From a virus, in the IMG/VR virus record IMGVR_UViG_3300038412_000061, positions 1 to 64,000 of that record: DNA of 64,000 nt. The stretch is one strand, 5' to 3'. Below, piece after piece: positions 61,793 through 64,000 of the stretch (position 1 is the stretch's first letter; the number at the start of each line of letters is the position of its first letter). The notes below the pieces were generated by a model that was not told the DNA's origin, searched no databases, and saw only the letters and a list, made by a program, of their open reading frames with translations. Made by a program: the position numbers and the translations under genes.

Positions 61793-62848
61793 TCACTTTA
61801 CCAGCAGCGTTCGAGACCCTGGGGACGATTTCAGATACTTCTCGTACACATCTGGCTCCAACGCCTCCAGAGCCTTGGCATCGAAGGTTACCCTGTCTTG
61901 ACCCGACTTGAAGGTCAGGACCAAATCTCCACTGTACACAGCTGCCTCAGAGTCACCAAGACGTGAGACGATCTTGGTGCGTAGTGCCTTCTCACGTTCG
62001 GTGGCGCGCTTGGTTTCCTCTTTCGCTGCGACAAAGTTGAGGACCATGAGGTAGTCTTCCTCGTCCATCTCCAATACCTTGTCTGGTGTGCTGCGAGGGT
62101 GACGAGCGGAGACAATCTCCTCCGTGGTATCTGACCCGTCAATCTCTGGCTCAATGTCGTACACGACGTTAGACCAGAATGCGGCCTCAGCAATGCAGAT
62201 GTCCATCGCCGTCTTGTCATCCCAAATCAAGTCATCGTCAGGTCGTTTTCCAAGTTTTCGAACCACCAAACCCTGACCGGCCACTAGTGCAACAAACGTC
62301 ACATGGAACAGGGGAACACCTATTGTCTCCAGAACCGTTCCGTAGTGGTATCCCTGTACCAGATATGTCTCTGGTACCTTTCCCTTGGCCCATTTGTTAG
62401 CCGAGCCCATCGTGGCGATACCAGTGGTTTTGCACTCCACGATGTCAATGATTCCTGGCGGAATCTCGGTGCTGTGCCAGACAGTCACTTCCCCCGCTGG
62501 GAACTGATCTGATGGCTCAACTTCGACATAGTCCAGGTTGACGAACATGAACGGATAGTCGGGGGACAAGGACCAAATAAGGACGGGCCACTCGACCAGT
62601 GCCTTGTTGAAACGCTTGGCGTACATCGCCCCAATGACTGGCTCAAGAGCATGTCCCCACTCGGTCGCCTCGTTGCCATGAAAGGTGCGCTCGGTTTTGC
62701 CAGCCTTCTCGCTCCAGAGTTGAAAGGCTGAGTTGAAGGTGTTGACGCCAACAATGGTGCCAGCGTCACTACCGCCAATGCCGCGAGAGCGTTCCGCCAA
62801 CCACTCATCTTCCGTCATGTCCCATACGGGAATGATTGTCTCTGTCAT
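61793..62848 (-). CDS. YqaJ-like viral recombinase exonuclease
   Basis: WLAERSRGIGGSD, WGHALEP, NLD, ECKT, VPETYLVQ. Confidence 0.93.
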   Translation of the reverse strand: MTETIIPVWDMTEDEWLAERSRGIGGSDAGTIVGVNTFNSAFQLWSEKAGKTERTFHGNEATEWGHALEPVIGAMYAKRFNKALVEWPVLIWSLSPDYPFMFVNLDYVEVEPSDQFPAGEVTVWHSTEIPPGIIDIVECKTTGIATMGSANKWAKGKVPETYLVQGYHYGTVLETIGVPLFHVTFVALVAGQGLVVRKLGKRPDDDLIWDDKTAMDICIAEAAFWSNVVYDIEPEIDGSDTTEEIVSARHPRSTPDKVLEMDEEDYLMVLNFVAAKEETKRATEREKALRTKIVSRLGDSEAAVYSGDLVLTFKSGQDRVTFDAKALEALEPDVYEKYLKSSPGSRTLLVK

Positions 62849-63189
62849 ACCAGCTTCCCTCCATGACGCCACGGGCGCTTGGCGTTGTAGGCCATCTTCT
62901 TCTCGAACTCTTCTTCCAAGTCGAAACCGTGAGGGGCAACGAACTGGTCCCAAGTGGAGAACAGGCGAATCAAAACGTCCGCCAGCTCGCAAGCTACGCC
63001 CTCTGGCTTCGGCTGATCATCCGGCTCGGAAAACCCCCACAGGCGGAAGGCCTCAAGCGCCTCACTAATCTCTGATGTCAAAAGGGCAAGGGAAGTTCCG
63101 AACTGATTATCGTTGGGCCTCCACCCTTTGCTATGCTCAAAGGCTACGACCTCTGCCATCATTTCGTTTAGCGTCTTGCTCAATTCCAT
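62845..63189 (-). CDS. MazG-like NTP pyrophosphohydrolase
   Basis: LLTSEISEALEA..ELADVLIR..KMAYNAKRP..HG. Confidence 0.88.
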   Translation of the reverse strand: MELSKTLNEMMAEVVAFEHSKGWRPNDNQFGTSLALLTSEISEALEAFRLWGFSEPDDQPKPEGVACELADVLIRLFSTWDQFVAPHGFDLEEEFEKKMAYNAKRPWRHGGKLV

Positions 63190-63461
63190 TCCTCCACTAA
63201 TTCGTATGTTGCTGCGAATATTTCTGGCTTACAGGGGTAGAACTCTCCAGCCACCCCCCTGATAACGAAGTCACCTGGCTGGACGGTCATGTCTCCCTCC
63301 AGGGTAGGTATGACCATGGAGACAAAGTCACATGTTGACATCCCGAGGGGGTAAAGCTTTCCCGTTTCCATCCAGCAAGTAATTCTTCCCACGTCAGTTG
63401 ACGATCCGTTGAATTTGACAGCCTCTACCTCTACGGGTCTCTTACGGTACTTAGCCATCAC
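63180..63461 (-). CDS. Conserved phage protein, YRKKPV/PGDYG-like family (paralog of 7243..7539)
   Basis: KYRKRPVEVEA..TLEGDM..PGDFVIRGVAGEFYPCKPEIF. Confidence 0.85.
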   Translation of the reverse strand: MMAKYRKRPVEVEAVKFNGSSTDVGRITCWMETGKLYPLGMSTCDFVSMVIPTLEGDMTVQPGDFVIRGVAGEFYPCKPEIFAATYELVEEWN

Positions 63462-63685
63462 TTCCCTTTCTTTGCCAACCGGATGCTGCGAGCAACATTC
63501 TCTACCAGGGTGATTTTACCACTGTCGTGTAACACCGCGCAAGTCGAGTGGACGTTCCCGAGTGAAATACCGGTCATCTGCTGCAAGTCCCTGTAGGAGG
63601 GGCCATGGTCAAATTCCTTGTACCACTGCTTGATGGCGGCGAGCACAGCCTTTTCATTGTCCTGCCTACGGTCGATAACCGTCAC
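63458..63685 (-). CDS. Stand-alone LexA-type winged-HTH DNA-binding protein
   Basis: GPSYRDL..TGIS..VH..L..SGKI..ARSIRL; no peptidase domain. Confidence 0.8.
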   Translation of the reverse strand: MTVIDRRQDNEKAVLAAIKQWYKEFDHGPSYRDLQQMTGISLGNVHSTCAVLHDSGKITLVENVARSIRLAKKGK

Positions 63686-63873
63686 TCGTCCTCCTCATAG
63701 TAATCGTTGTCCCAATCCTCTGGAGATCCGAGGCGCACCACGTGAACGCAGAAATCGCCGTTGTCGTCATTCATCTCTTTGTCAGAAAGTGGTACTCCAC
63801 AATGCGTCATGCACACCTGACCGGAGCAATAGCCGTTTCTTTCCCCGTATCGTAGCCATTCGTTAAAGTCCAT
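63682..63873 (-). CDS. Hypothetical protein
   Basis: GGAGGAG RBS; C/H motif. Confidence 0.7.
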   Translation of the reverse strand: MDFNEWLRYGERNGYCSGQVCMTHCGVPLSDKEMNDDNGDFCVHVVRLGSPEDWDNDYYEEDE

Positions 63874-64000
63874 TTGACTCCTCCTGGATTACCTTGTCAA
63901 CAGCTTCCTTGATCATAGCATAGGTGTCTGGCTCGTCTGTCATTCGTTGTTTTCCCTTGACCTTTCCATTGGAGAACTGCTCGCCTTCGAAGTATACCCA

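Noticed and set aside
1-64000. Prophage boundaries, integrase or host genes
   Set aside because: No integrase, att site, rRNA or housekeeping operon seen; the whole window reads as phage, and lifestyle cannot be decided from it.

Overview
A 64-kb segment of a large contractile-tailed (myovirus-type) phage infecting an actinobacterium; WhiB, leaderless promoters and an Acidimicrobiia-like SSB point to that host group. Layout: (1) 1-1870, an array of small, mostly acidic genes, each behind a copy of one fixed-geometry repeat (GTGATT-G-AATCAC, N14, ATCGCGCGCGCGCGAT, N12, -10 box), ending in three empty copies; (2) 1870-4100, further repeats, a DnaA box, an orphan 303-aa gene and a promoter-driven structured ncRNA candidate; (3) 5.0-13.2 kb (-), accessory genes including RtcB and a DUF4406-dNMP kinase fusion; (4) 13.2-18.2 kb (-), 33 tRNA genes covering all 20 amino acids, interleaved with an EndoVII-type HNH gene, two small basic ORFs, a circularly permuted YrlA-like tRNA mimic, a pseudoknotted ~170-nt RNA and recurrent small RNA motifs; (5) 18.6-57.6 kb (+), resolvase, terminase, portal, protease/scaffold, capsid, sheath, tube, frameshifted chaperone, tape measure, baseplate, fibres, an extended lysis cassette, a large adhesin-like protein and a metallophosphoesterase; (6) 57.6-64 kb (-), WhiB, HNH, a Tad1-like anti-defence sponge, SSB, ERF, YqaJ, MazG-like and LexA-HTH genes. 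All calls come from motif recognition and manual folding; no database searches were run.
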